Below, in pieces: positions 1 through 56,581 of a DNA stretch of 64,000 nt. The notes under the pieces were generated by a model, which had not been told where the DNA came from, searched no databases, and saw nothing but the letters and a program-made list of their open reading frames with translations. How positions within the stretch are numbered: the first letter of the stretch is position 1; each line of letters begins with the position of its first letter. The position numbers were made by a program, and so were the translations under genes. Origin of the DNA: the human T2T-CHM13v2.0 reference genome, Homo sapiens; assembly GCF_009914755.1 (NCBI RefSeq), contig NC_060928.1; one strand, 5' to 3'.

Positions 1-371
1 GAAACAATATCAAAGTTTCAAACCTAAGCAACACCCTCAAGTACTTTCAGAAGTTTTGTATTTGTCTTTCAAAAGGTGGTGCTCTTCATTCTGAGTCAGT
101 ACAAGTCTGGTCTCAGGCCCTGATATTCATCTCTTTCAGAGGCAAGATTTTAACACACTAGAGGTTTTCATAAAACATTCTATGGCCCTTGATTTGCTTT
201 TCTTCAGGCAATGATACTTGTGCTGATGATATCTGGCCCGGCAATTCATTTGTGTCTGTTCTTAAGGAGGAGCTGCCTTTAAGGTAGAAAAATTAAAATA
301 TATTTTGAACCAACTACCTTTTCAAAGGGCTTCATCAGCTGATCATCATCTGTCTATATGCTTACAGTTTA

Positions 372-394
372 TTAGGTTGGTGCAAACAACCTAA
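372..394. mobile_element. Internally collapsed MADE1 (Hsmar1 mariner MITE) remnant
   Basis: ta-ttaggttggtgcaaa-caacctaa-ta: both MADE1 termini with TA duplication. Confidence 0.7.
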
Positions 395-1717
395 TAGCTA
401 CACTATCATCGCATTCTTTGACTTACCTGAATTTGTTGTTGTTGTTGTTCTCAGTCTAGGCTTTTTCACCCCCACTGAGACTTTGCCCCTTGTTCCTATA
501 ATGTTTTTTCCTTCCTTTGTATTACAGTTTTCAATTCAAAATGCCTCTCACTACAAGGTTCAAGTCATTTAGTTAGAACCTGTCTACACAGGGTCCATGG
601 ACTCTGAAAGCCTGCGCTCAAAGGTTAATTCCTGCAGGATTATTTCCATTAATTTCCCCAGCTTCCATACTATCTGTACAACCCATTACCCACACTTTCC
701 CCTCAAGTAGGCTTCTAGTTTTAGTTTTGCTTATTTTCAGATTTATATACCCATTTCTCCTGTTAGATATGAATGATTTGAGGTTCAAAACTCTGATGTC
801 TTCATATGCACTTACCAGCACCTCTGCAAACACTGTGGCATTCAATACTTACTAAGTCTTTCTTTTCGTCATGTGACAATTGATATTCTCATTTATTTTT
901 CAGCCTTTCTTTGATTTTGAAAAAAAGTTTTTGGTAAAACAGAAACATATGTTAATTACAATTAATAAATGAACACATAGAAAAATGTTCCAATGATTAA
1001 TAAGTACATAATTCTAAACTTATATCAATTTTCTTTACTATTTAACAAATTCCATAAACTTAACCACTTAAAAACAACTGCCTCTTATTTTCCATTTCTA
1101 TTCTGTAGATCAGAAGTTCAGGCAAACTCAACTTTGTTCTCTGTTCAGGGTCACAAATGATAAAAGTAAGATACGTGTCTGGCTAGGCTTTAATCTGGAG
1201 GCTATGGTGAAGAATTATACTTCCTAGCTCATTCAGGCTGTTGACAGATTTCAATTCCTTGCAAAATGGACTAAAGTCACTTTTTTCTTGGTCACTGTGA
1301 GTCAGGACTGCCCTCAGCTTCTGGAGACTGGCCACACTCTTTAACAAATGGCTCCTTCCATCTTCAAGTCAGCAATAGTGCATATTTTGAAACTCGCAAT
1401 CTCTGACTTTTCTGCTACTAGGAAGAGAGAATTATCTACTTCTAATGGTTTTCATGCTAATGTACTAGATTAGGCTCACCTGGGTAATATTCTTTTTGAT
1501 TAACTCAAGGTCAACTGATTAATAACTGCTATAGTCTGATTTTTTGTCTTCCCCTGCTCCCAAATTCATATGTTGAAAATCAAATCACAAACGTGATGTT
1601 ACTGGGAGGTGGGCTTTTGGAGGTGAATAGATCATGAGGGTGAAGCCCTTCATAAAAGAGGCCTTAGAAATCTGTCTTACCCCATCCACCATGTGAGGAT
1701 ACAGTAAGAAGGTGCTG

Positions 1718-2735
1718 ACAATCCCATTACTGGGTATATACTCAGAGGAAGAGAAAGCATTTTACCATAAAGACACATGCACAAGAATGTTCACTGCAGC
1801 ACTGTTCACAGTAGCAAAGACATAGAATCAACTAAATTCCCATCAATGACAGACTGCATAAAGAAAATGTGGTATATACACACCATGGAATATTACACAG
1901 CCATAAAAAAAGTGAGATCATGTTTTTTGTGGGAACATGGATGGAGCTGGAGGCCATCACCTTTAGCAAACTAGTTCAGGAACAGATAACCAAATACCAC
2001 ATGTTCTCACTTATAAGTGGGAGGTAAATGATAAGAACTTATGAAAACAAAGAAGGAAAAAACAGACACTGGGGTCTACTTGAAGGGGGCAGGTGGGAGG
2101 AGGGAGAGGAGCAGAAAAGATAATTATGGGTACTGAGCTTAATACCTGGGTGATGTAATAGTATGCACAACAAACCCCTGTGACATGTGTTTATCTGCTG
2201 GGTCTGACCTGCAGACCCAGGCCGAGTGATGGATAAGAAAATGTACGCAGACACAGATTTTTTGCCTGGGCCCATGGCTAGGGGACCGGGCCACTCACAG
2301 ACACCAAGGAGGGTGCCGTAAAGAGTCACAACAGCCACAGCCCCTACAAGCCAGCACTGTGGGCATTTATTTAGTACAGATTTAATGACAAAGGCTTTAA
2401 GGTGACACAACTTGTGGATAATTAACATGGTTGCCCCCCTAGCCCCCAGAGAGCAGTCAGTCCTGCACACGGATTATTAAAGGCCAGGTTCCAAGGCCTA
2501 AGTAAACTAACCTATGTAGATCAATTCCCACACTTGCTTGTTATCTACCCTGAGAGAATTCAGCTGCCTTTAGCCAAATCCTCTTTCGAAGCCTTTGCAA
2601 AACCTCCTGGCCTTCCAAGAAGGTTTGCATCTTTTTCCTATAATTTCTCCCACTACTCCGACCAATTTTCTATATCTATCTATGTAATAAACCTTCACAT
2701 GTACCCCAAAACTTAAAACAAAAATTTTTAAAAAT
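1718..2735 (+). mobile_element. 5'-truncated primate L1 (L1P-type) 3' end
   Basis: ORF2 C-terminal IKKMWYIHTMEYY and 3' UTR; TSD gaaggtgctg at 1708-1717 and 2736-2745. Confidence 0.88.
2196..2674 (-). mobile_element. Solo ERV LTR, LTR22-like (HERV-K HML-5), inserted in the L1 3' UTR
   Basis: Reverse complement ...aattataggaaaaagatgcaaaccttcttggaaggccaggaggttttgcaaagg...cagacccagca; flanks tttatc/tctatc; L1 resumes on both sides. Confidence 0.72.
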
Positions 2736-3941
2736 GAAGGTGCTGCCTATGTCTATTCACCAGACATTGAATCTGTCTGGCATCTTGATCTCGAACTCTT
2801 CAGCCTCCAAAACTGTAAGAAATAAATGTTGTATATAAGCTATCCAGTTTATGGTAGGTGTTTTTATTATAGCAGCCAGAACAGACTAAGATAGTAATTT
2901 TATTCACATCTACACAGTCTCTTTTGCTATGGAACATAACAAAATTAGGGGTATGGTATCTCATCATATTAGGACAGAAGACTTTGGGGGACCATTTCAG
3001 AATTCTGTCTACCATAATGCCAAACAAAATATTATTGTTTATGCTTTAAACCATATGTTTAAAATGCATGCGTGTGCACACACATGGACACACACACACC
3101 TATAATTGAAAGACACCCCACATTTCTGTTAAAAGTTAATGGAAATGAAGATAAAATTTTTCTATCTAAATTTTGGGGCTCTAGATTAAGTAACTTTGCT
3201 TTAGGAGGGGAGAAAATGAAAGGAATTTGAAACAGAGGTGCAGGAGAATGAACTAGAGTGGATCAAGAATGCAAGAATGCAGAAGGAAGATCAGTTTAAT
3301 ATTCTTCCAACATGAGATGGTGGGAATATGAACAGAGCACAAGCCAGCAGGAATAGAAAGAAAAGATTCAAAGAGAAGATAATGACAGAAATTACTGATA
3401 GAGGTGAGGAATAGGGCAGAATCAAAGCTAATTTCTAGGTTCTTAGTGTTGTCAAGGGCACAGGTTCTGAAAATCGTCAGTCCTTCTTTTCCTTCTTTTC
3501 TTCCTTTTCTTTCTTGATAGAAGAATGTAGAAAATGTTTATAGCTTAATTGGAAAGAAACAGCAGAAAGAGTGACAGAATGAGAGAGATGGAGACAGAGG
3601 AGAAGGAGAGAGAAAGAGACATTTAAATACTGGAGAGAGAGGGTAAGTGATGAACCAAGATCTGGGGCAGAACAGGAGGCAATAATAATAGAACACAGCT
3701 TCTGGTCTTTCATTGAGAGGAAAGCACTTTGGTAAGACAGAATAAAAGGAGACAAACAATAATATAAACATTAGTGTGAAAGTGAATTGTTGAGTTGGGA
3801 AATTTTGGATAATCTCTTCTGTTCTTAGTATGGTTAGCACCAAGGTGAGAGGAGAGAGCATGGGCTAAGTACCAGTGCTGAGGTGAGTGTTGCCTTGTTG
3901 GAACAACAGGGCAGAAAAATGTTTTTAAAAGAAAAATAATT

Positions 3942-4240
3942 GGCCAGGCATGGTGGCTCACGCCCTTGATCCCAGCACTTTGGGAGGCCGAGGCGGGCAG
4001 ATTACCTGAGGTCAGGAGTTCAAGACCAGCCTGACCAACATGATGAAACTCCATCTCTACTAAAAATACAAAAATTACCTGAGCGTGGTGGCGCATGCCT
4101 GTGATCCCAGTTACTCAGGAGGCTAAGGCAAGAGAATCGCTTGAATCTGAGAGGCGGAAGTTGCAGTGAGCAGAGATTGCACCATTGCACTGCAGACTGG
4201 GTGACAAGATCCTGCCTCAAAAAAAAGAAAAGGAAAAAAG
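3942..4240 (+). mobile_element. AluS
   Basis: Full dimer ggccaggcatggtggctcacg...ctcaaaa with A-rich tail. Confidence 0.92.
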
Positions 4241-5920
4241 AAAAAGAATTATCTGGTGTCATCAATAGCACAACTGAAATGAGACAGTCCAAATTACTAT
4301 GGTGTTAATACGTATGGTTGAATTAATTTTCTGTAACTTTGCTCACTTCTACCAGGCACAGAAGAAGAGCCACTGAATTATGAGATTGACCTAGGGCTGA
4401 GAGTTTGTTGGATTGGTAGCCTGCAAGCTAAGGACTAGGAAGGTGACCATTATAGTGATAGAAAACCAGTTTATGACATCTAAAATGAAGTTCCACAGGT
4501 TTGTATGAAAAGTGTGGTTTTTAAGAGTTAGACATACTATGATACTATGGAGCCTCTGAGACATTTAATAAATCAGAACATCAGATATCTAGAGTGAAAC
4601 AGAAGTTAAAGTCATTTGAATTTATGAGCTCAAAGAATTAAGGATAGGTGTGGATCATCCGCTTGGATTTTGAAATTGACCACGATGAAGAGATGAGTTG
4701 GGTGGAGCGGTTTGTGTTGAGTCAGGTGCCTAGTCCCTTAGTAAATGTGGGGAGTGAGCAAGAGGGTGACCGTAATTAGGGGTGGCAATGTGTGGTACAG
4801 CTATAGGCATGAACATCAGGGAAATACATTTTTATACTACTGTGCAGCAAAAATTGTTAGAAGACTACACAAGTCTTCTAACAATTTGAAAGCTTGTAGT
4901 TGGGTGTTGGAAGAATTCTGACTTAGTATTAAAGCCAGGGAGAATAAACAATCACTTGAGATGGCTAAAACAAAGTGATGTTTTAGATAGTGACATCCAG
5001 ACTTTAGTAAGATGACGTGGAAGCATTCCGTGGAGAGGCTGAAGGTATAGGAGCATTTTAATGAAAGGGAGCAAGGAGGACTCAGTGAAACCAGCTGGGA
5101 AAGAGGGTGCTAAAGAGATGTTAAACCAGTGGAGGAGAGAGTGGTATGGGGTAAAGGGGGAGAAATCACACTCATTATTGGTAAGGAACAAAATAGGGGA
5201 AATGACAAGTGGTCACAGGGTGTTCATTGGTGCATAGAGTGGGGAAGGGCAGGATGCCATACTTATGGTTCCTGGTCCTGATATTAAATTTAATTGACAA
5301 CAGACTAGCCTAATGTCCTGGGCTAGGTCTCTGTGCCTTAACTATTTGATGTATCATAGACATCAAAACTGACGGTTACATACAAAATATGGTCATAAAA
5401 TATATAATTTAATGTGGAGAAATACATTTTATAATGCTATTATGTCAATTTGTGAAATAAATGCATTCATATATACACGAATTAGAAAATAAAATTAAAA
5501 ATAGTTGTGTTAAGTTGGTACAATTGCGTGCTCTCCCCCCATCAGTAAGTATGTGTCATAATGTTTCTTTAATATTTTTCAAAGGTGGTGAATAATCCAT
5601 TTTCTTTACTTCTTAAAAAATAACCTTTGTTCTGAATTCCAGCTATTTTTTCATCAAATAGCTTAGTAGTTGTCTTTCCAATAGTTTCTTCTTTATTCTT
5701 AGATTATTTTTCCTCTCCATTTTTAAATTTCCCCTTTTCTCATAGTGAATTCTAGCCTGTTCGTTAAACCTTTGAATCCACTTTTCCTAAAGATTATCAA
5801 TATAGGACAAACACTAAGGATAAAAATGCTAACATTATATAAAATCTTATTTACAATCTTAACAAATGTGTGGCATTGTCTGTGCTGAAATCAGTTTATA
5901 ATAATATGCTTTACACTTAT

Positions 5921-6193
5921 TTTTTTTTTTTTTGAGATGGAGTCTCGCTCTGCCGCCCAGGCTGGAGTGCAGTGGTGTGATCTCAGCTTACTGCAACCTC
6001 CTCCTCCTGGGTTCAAGTGATTCTCCTGCCTCAGTCCCCTGAGTAGCTGGACCTACAGGCGCGCACCACCATGCCTGGTTAATTTTTCTGTTTTTGTAGA
6101 GATGGAGTTTTGCCCTGTTGGCCAGGCTCATCTCGAACTTCTGACCTCAAATGATCCACCCGCCTCAGCCTCCCAAAGTGCTAGGATTACAGG
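5921..6193 (-). mobile_element. AluS, slightly 5'-truncated
   Basis: poly-T, gagatggagtctcgctctg...aaagtgctaggattacagg. Confidence 0.9.
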
Positions 6194-6760
6194 CCATCTT
6201 CCTCATTTCTTATTAGTCATAATTAAAACCTTAAGGCAAGGAATATATTGAAACCTGTAAAAGAATGTTAACTGTAAGCATTTACAAAAGTGGCTTAATC
6301 AAAACTTGTTTATTTTTTGCATTTTAGTGGGCTTCTATAGTTTTTTTTTTATAAAACAGATATTCTGAAAAAGTAAAGAGTAAAACAGATATTCGGTGTT
6401 TTAATAAGGCTTGAAATCTTTTGCTGCCTTATTTTAAAATATGGTGTGGATATTTTATTTCTATCATATTAAGGCTTTAAATTACTTCAAAATTTAAAAA
6501 ATTATAACTGTGGGGAAAGTGAGAAAAGGATGGAATACGGTATGAATTTGGGGGGTAAACTTCCCATGAAGTATTATGATCTGCCTATTTAACTAGCTTA
6601 GTAGCTTTGCCTACACTCTATTCATCTTCTGTTTCCTTAGGTATAGTTGAATATGGTTTTAAGTAGGTTGTTGTCTTAATCATAAAACTGGTTTGGTCCA
6701 ACAATATACTTTGCAGAACACCATGTAAGTTTAGCTTACTTCACTTTTTTTTTTTTTTTT

Positions 6761-6799
6761 GGCATCCAATTGATGTGAGATAAGATCTTGCAATTCTTA
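6761..6799 (+). pseudogene. NUMT: partial mitochondrial tRNA-Ala
   Basis: gcatccaattgatgtgagataagatcttgcaattctta resembles the 3' half of mt-tRNA-Ala, opposite strand to tRNA-Trp as in mtDNA. Confidence 0.7.
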
Positions 6800-6810
6800 T
6801 TATTGAATTA

Positions 6811-6878
6811 CAGAAATTAAGCATAATTTACTTACTTAGGGCTTTGAGGATTCTTGGTCTGATTTAACCTAAGTTTCT
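6811..6878 (-). pseudogene. NUMT: mitochondrial tRNA-Trp pseudogene
   Basis: Reverse complement AGAAACTTAGGTTAAATCAGACCAAGAATCCTCAAAGCCCTAAGTAAGT...CTTAATTTCTG closely matches mt-tRNA-Trp. Confidence 0.88.
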
Positions 6879-7650
6879 AGTTTAATATCTAAAATATTGG
6901 TGAGATTGGCAGGAATAGGGCTGAGGTAATAATGAATGGTGGTAGGAGGAGGATCTGTTTTATGTTTTAAAATTACAATTTTAATGTTATTAGTTGTTGG
7001 GAACATCATTAGTGATGTGGAATAAATTAGATGTATATAAAAGTACAGGTTGAGAAGAGCTATGATAGCAATGAATGTAGGTATAATGAGGCTATTATTT
7101 TTTGTTATTTCTTGAATGATAGCTCATTTGGGTAAAAATCCTGTTAGCAGGGGCAGTTCTCCTAAGGATAGTAGAATAACAAGGATTATAGATGTTAGTG
7201 ATGGTCATTTATTTCACATACAGGATAGTGATAATGTTGTGTTACTTATATTTGCAATGAGTAGTATAAATATGGTTACTGTTAATATTAGGTAAATTGT
7301 AGATTTGAGAGTGATGGTGGGGATGTAAATTAAAATTGTGATTACTCAACCTATGTGGGTAACTGATGAATAGGCTAGAATTTTTTATTGTGTTTGAGTC
7401 CTCCTCAACCTCCTACTCGAATGAATAGTACTGCAATTGCTAATAGTATATTTAGGTCTATTGAGGAAAAGATTTAGAACATAATAGAAATTGGGGCTAG
7501 TTTTTGTCATGTAAAAAGAATCACAGCTGATGTTGGGGAAATCCCTTGTGTTACTTCTGGAACTCAGAAGTGAAAGGAGGAATTCCCAGTTTCATTGCTA
7601 AAGTTACAATAATTATTGGAGATGCTGTTTGGTTTAGCATATTTATAACT
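6879..7650 (-). pseudogene. NUMT: 3' portion of mitochondrial ND2, decayed
   Basis: Reverse complement near 7545-7600 gives CCTTTCACTTCTGAGTTCCAGAAGTAACACAAGGG (ND2 PFHFWVPEVTQG motif, mito code); ends ...LPISPM directly against tRNA-Trp as in mtDNA gene order. Confidence 0.9.
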
Positions 7651-9689
7651 ACTAGGAGAAACTAGTTTGGCAGTAGTCATTTAAGTTTAGTGACTTGTAG
7701 GTCTGCAATGATCCTGCCTACTGAACCTGCATAACTCAGGTTAGAATAGTGGAGAAAAGACTGGACTGGATACTAGGGCTCCTAGATTCTGTTCCTCCAC
7801 TATCTAAAATTCACTGTATAACCTTGCAGGAATTCTCTTGGCCTTGATTTCACATCAGTCAAAAGAGGAGGTTGATGTAGATAATCTCTTAGGTCTCTCA
7901 CAGCTCTAATAGCTACGATTCTAGCTTTCAAGTTTATTTTTCATTTTCATGATTGCATGAAGAGATTCCTTGCATACCTCCTTTGTCCATCAAATAAATA
8001 CATTAACAAAGAAATAAGTTTATTCAGTGAAAAGAGTAAATTACTATTAAAATGTTTTTGTTTTTCATATTGTTGTTGAATCATATAGATTTCACTGAGA
8101 GATGGTCAGCTATTGGCAACAACTTTGGTCTAATATTGTTCTAGCATTATAAACTAACTAGAGTTCTCATGCCACCCAAAATTCCATCAGGACTGCACAG
8201 AGATTATGAGCTGCCTTATTTATTGTCAGCTTAATGGATTTGACCTGTATTTTAAAAAGAGTCATACAAATTATAAGTTTTTGTCTATGAAAATATATTA
8301 ATATTACTATAGCATCACCACACAGGAGGCAAAGTCTGGGTTTTTTTTTATGTTTTAGGTTTTTTTTTGTTTTGTTTTTAACCACAAATATATTTTCAAA
8401 ATTCACAAAGCATAAAAATGCCAATACTGTACAAAAATCCAAACTTCTTTAAAATCTTAATGGATTTTCAGCATCATCTGAAATGATATCAGTTTACAAT
8501 GACATACTTTGCATTTTTGAGTAAGTTTTGAACATTCATAGAATTTTCAACTTTATTATTCATCTCAAAAGTCTCACAACAATGCCATAAGGTAGACAGC
8601 TTAAGGTCCCATTTGGAAGACGGAAAACATGAGGTAAAAAACATTACATGATTCCTACAAAACCAATCAATAAGTCAGACACCTAACTAGAAATAGGACA
8701 TATAAATTCTGTTTAAAAAATCCACTTTTCCATTATTGGATTTTCTTATAACCTTGTGTATTTATTTCTCTCATTTGTGCTTAAATATCATTGAATTCAA
8801 TTGAATTAAGCACAGAAATATTTAAATCAGTATACACAGTTTCACAGATACTTATTCACAAAAAGGTATCACAGTCTTATTAAATATAAATAAAATTACA
8901 CAAAACACATATTCACGGTTATAGAAATTACATAGAGGAAAGTAATTTTTTGGTAGTCAGATCTGCTTTCCTGTATCTACTAAAGGAAGTGTTTAGTTTT
9001 AATATAAAATATGTTCATCATCAATCAAGCCCATCTTTAATATGCTAAACATTCTCAAAAACTTTAAATGTTTCTGTGCTATATGCAAACTGTAGGAGTT
9101 TAAGTGAAGGACGTGTAAGAATTTAAGTTTTTACTCTGTTTTCTCTGGTGGTAGTTACTCCTAGACATTGACTCAGAAATTCGATGACATTTCATTTTTA
9201 AAGAGGAAATGTGTATGATAAGCTTTTTGTGTTTATATCTTACTGAGATGTGAATAATAACTGGGAGATATTTTTAGTTGTATTTCTCTCATTTACAGAT
9301 AAACACATATAAACACATGTACATGTAAACTAACAAAATTTTCCAACACTAGGGAAATGAATAGTCTAGATTTTTCTCTAATAAATCAGAGCAGCAAATC
9401 TAATCTCACATTTGAGGTCTATAGAAATACGGATGCATCTCTGTAGTCAGAACTATGGTGACAGATGATCGTCACATCCTATGACTACTTGTCTATAAGC
9501 AGACATAGTGCAAAATATATTAATAAGGCATAAAAGTGATTTTGAAAAAATTATAGTAGTTCACCGAATTTGTCTTACAATGTAATTCAAAGTACTTTGA
9601 AATCAATTACATGGCTTTAAAGAAGCAAAGATCAATTTTTTGAAAGTATAGTAAGTTTTATTGAGTCTAAAGCACATTATTAATGATAA

Positions 9690-9940
9690 ATAGTAGCTAA
9701 TCCATGAGACACTACCGTGTGCAGACACTATTGCAAGTGTTTTACTTGTGTTAATTCATTTAATTCTCAAAACAACTATTATGAGGTAGTACCACTTTTA
9801 TTCCCATTGTAGAGGTGAAAGAGTTAATGAAGAGAGATGTTAAGTAACTTCAGCAAGGACACACAGCTCCTATGAGGCAGAGACGATGTTTCAACTTGAG
9901 GAGCCTGGTTCAAAGTCCATGTTTTCTATCACTATTACCA
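9690..9940 (+). mobile_element. MIR SINE, diverged
   Basis: tcatttaattctcaaaacaactattatgaggtag...gttaagtaacttcagcaaggacacacagct. Confidence 0.7.
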
Positions 9941-11078
9941 TCATTAGGATTTGGGCCATATGTACCACTTATTTGAAAAAAAATTGAGCTCATTTATCTT
10001 AAAGCTTGCCAAGGCATTCATTTCCATATAACAAAGATTTATTTAGTTCATAGTATATGCAAGGCACTGTCCTACGTGCTTTACACAAAGCTTTACACAA
10101 ATCAGCTCTGATATTCTGATAGACACCTGACCTGATACTCTGATGGACATCTGACTTGTCAGAAAGCTGAAGACTTACAAAAGTACCAGTTGCCATATAC
10201 TGATATAAATATTTCTAAGTAAATAATTGGATAACTCATTCCATCAAAAATTAGCGTGCTTGTCCTGTTACTAATTATTTGAAACCAATTCTCCTAGCCT
10301 TCATCTGCTTCTTTTTATCCTCCTGTGCTCATGGAAAAACGTTCCAAAGAGTCTTAATTTTTTTTTTGTCCTTTCTGGGCCAACTGCTACTAACATATAG
10401 ATGGCAAGATGCTGTTAAAGAATAAATCAGAAAAGCTTCTTAACAACACAACATGCTTCCTGAAGCTAGTGCTTGAGTTATAACACTGTGTTAACAGCAA
10501 GTTCAGATACATTTAAAAACTTTTAAAATGTCAACTGTTGAGGTTAGTGATAGTGCTCTGTATTATTAGATATAAGCCCAGTTCAAGTCATAATGCAAAT
10601 CCCATGCTTCTCCATTCTTGCACACTGAAGGTCCACTTATCAGTTCTAGAATGTTGAAGCCCTGAGTCTTCAGGGAAGACTGTTCTTTTTCACTAGAAGA
10701 ATCTCACATGCTCCAGGTATTATATGAGGTAAGATTTTGGCATTACTGGCAGCTCTTCATATCCTGTGGAAAATGATGTTCCTGTCTTCAATTGAGGGAA
10801 ACCACTTATTTATCTTATTAGGAAGTATCACAAGCAGTTTCCCTTGTGAGTAAGGAATAGGTGCTGTCTGTCATTTGCTGTGTCTTCTTCCCTCATGGTA
10901 GAGAGGGTTTGGTCCTACGTATGTAAAGGCCACCTCAGGATATTAGATTTGTCTGGGTCTGAAGGGCTTCTTGACATCTAGCAAAAGCACTAATCCAAAG
11001 TAAATGAATTTAAACAATACAAAATACGCAGGAGTATCAGCTCTGTGTGCCATGTGTATAACTCATGGACAATCCACA

Positions 11079-56581
<45,503 letters not shown>

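Larger units (their letters stand above)
1528..2893 (+). mobile_element. MaLR LTR (MLT1A/MST-like) split by an L1 insertion
   Basis: tgctatagtctga...caaattcatatgttgaaa 5' part; ...aataaatgttg...atagcagccagaacagactaagata 3' end. Confidence 0.75.
1035..3020 (-). mobile_element. Old MaLR LTR (MLT1-type) split into ~1035-1525 and ~2895-3020 by later insertions
   Basis: MLT1-like motifs (ctggaggctatggtgaagaattatacttcctagctcattcaggctgttgacagatttcaattccttg; ...cagaattctgtctaccata); boundaries approximate. Confidence 0.6.

Noticed and set aside
2039-2470. 143-aa minus-strand ORF
   Set aside because: Chance frame across the LTR22-like LTR and L1 3' UTR
10030-11078. TMPRSS11F polyadenylation site
   Set aside because: Candidates exist (AATAAA near 10038-10043, A-rich run near 10358-10367) but none can be chosen from sequence alone
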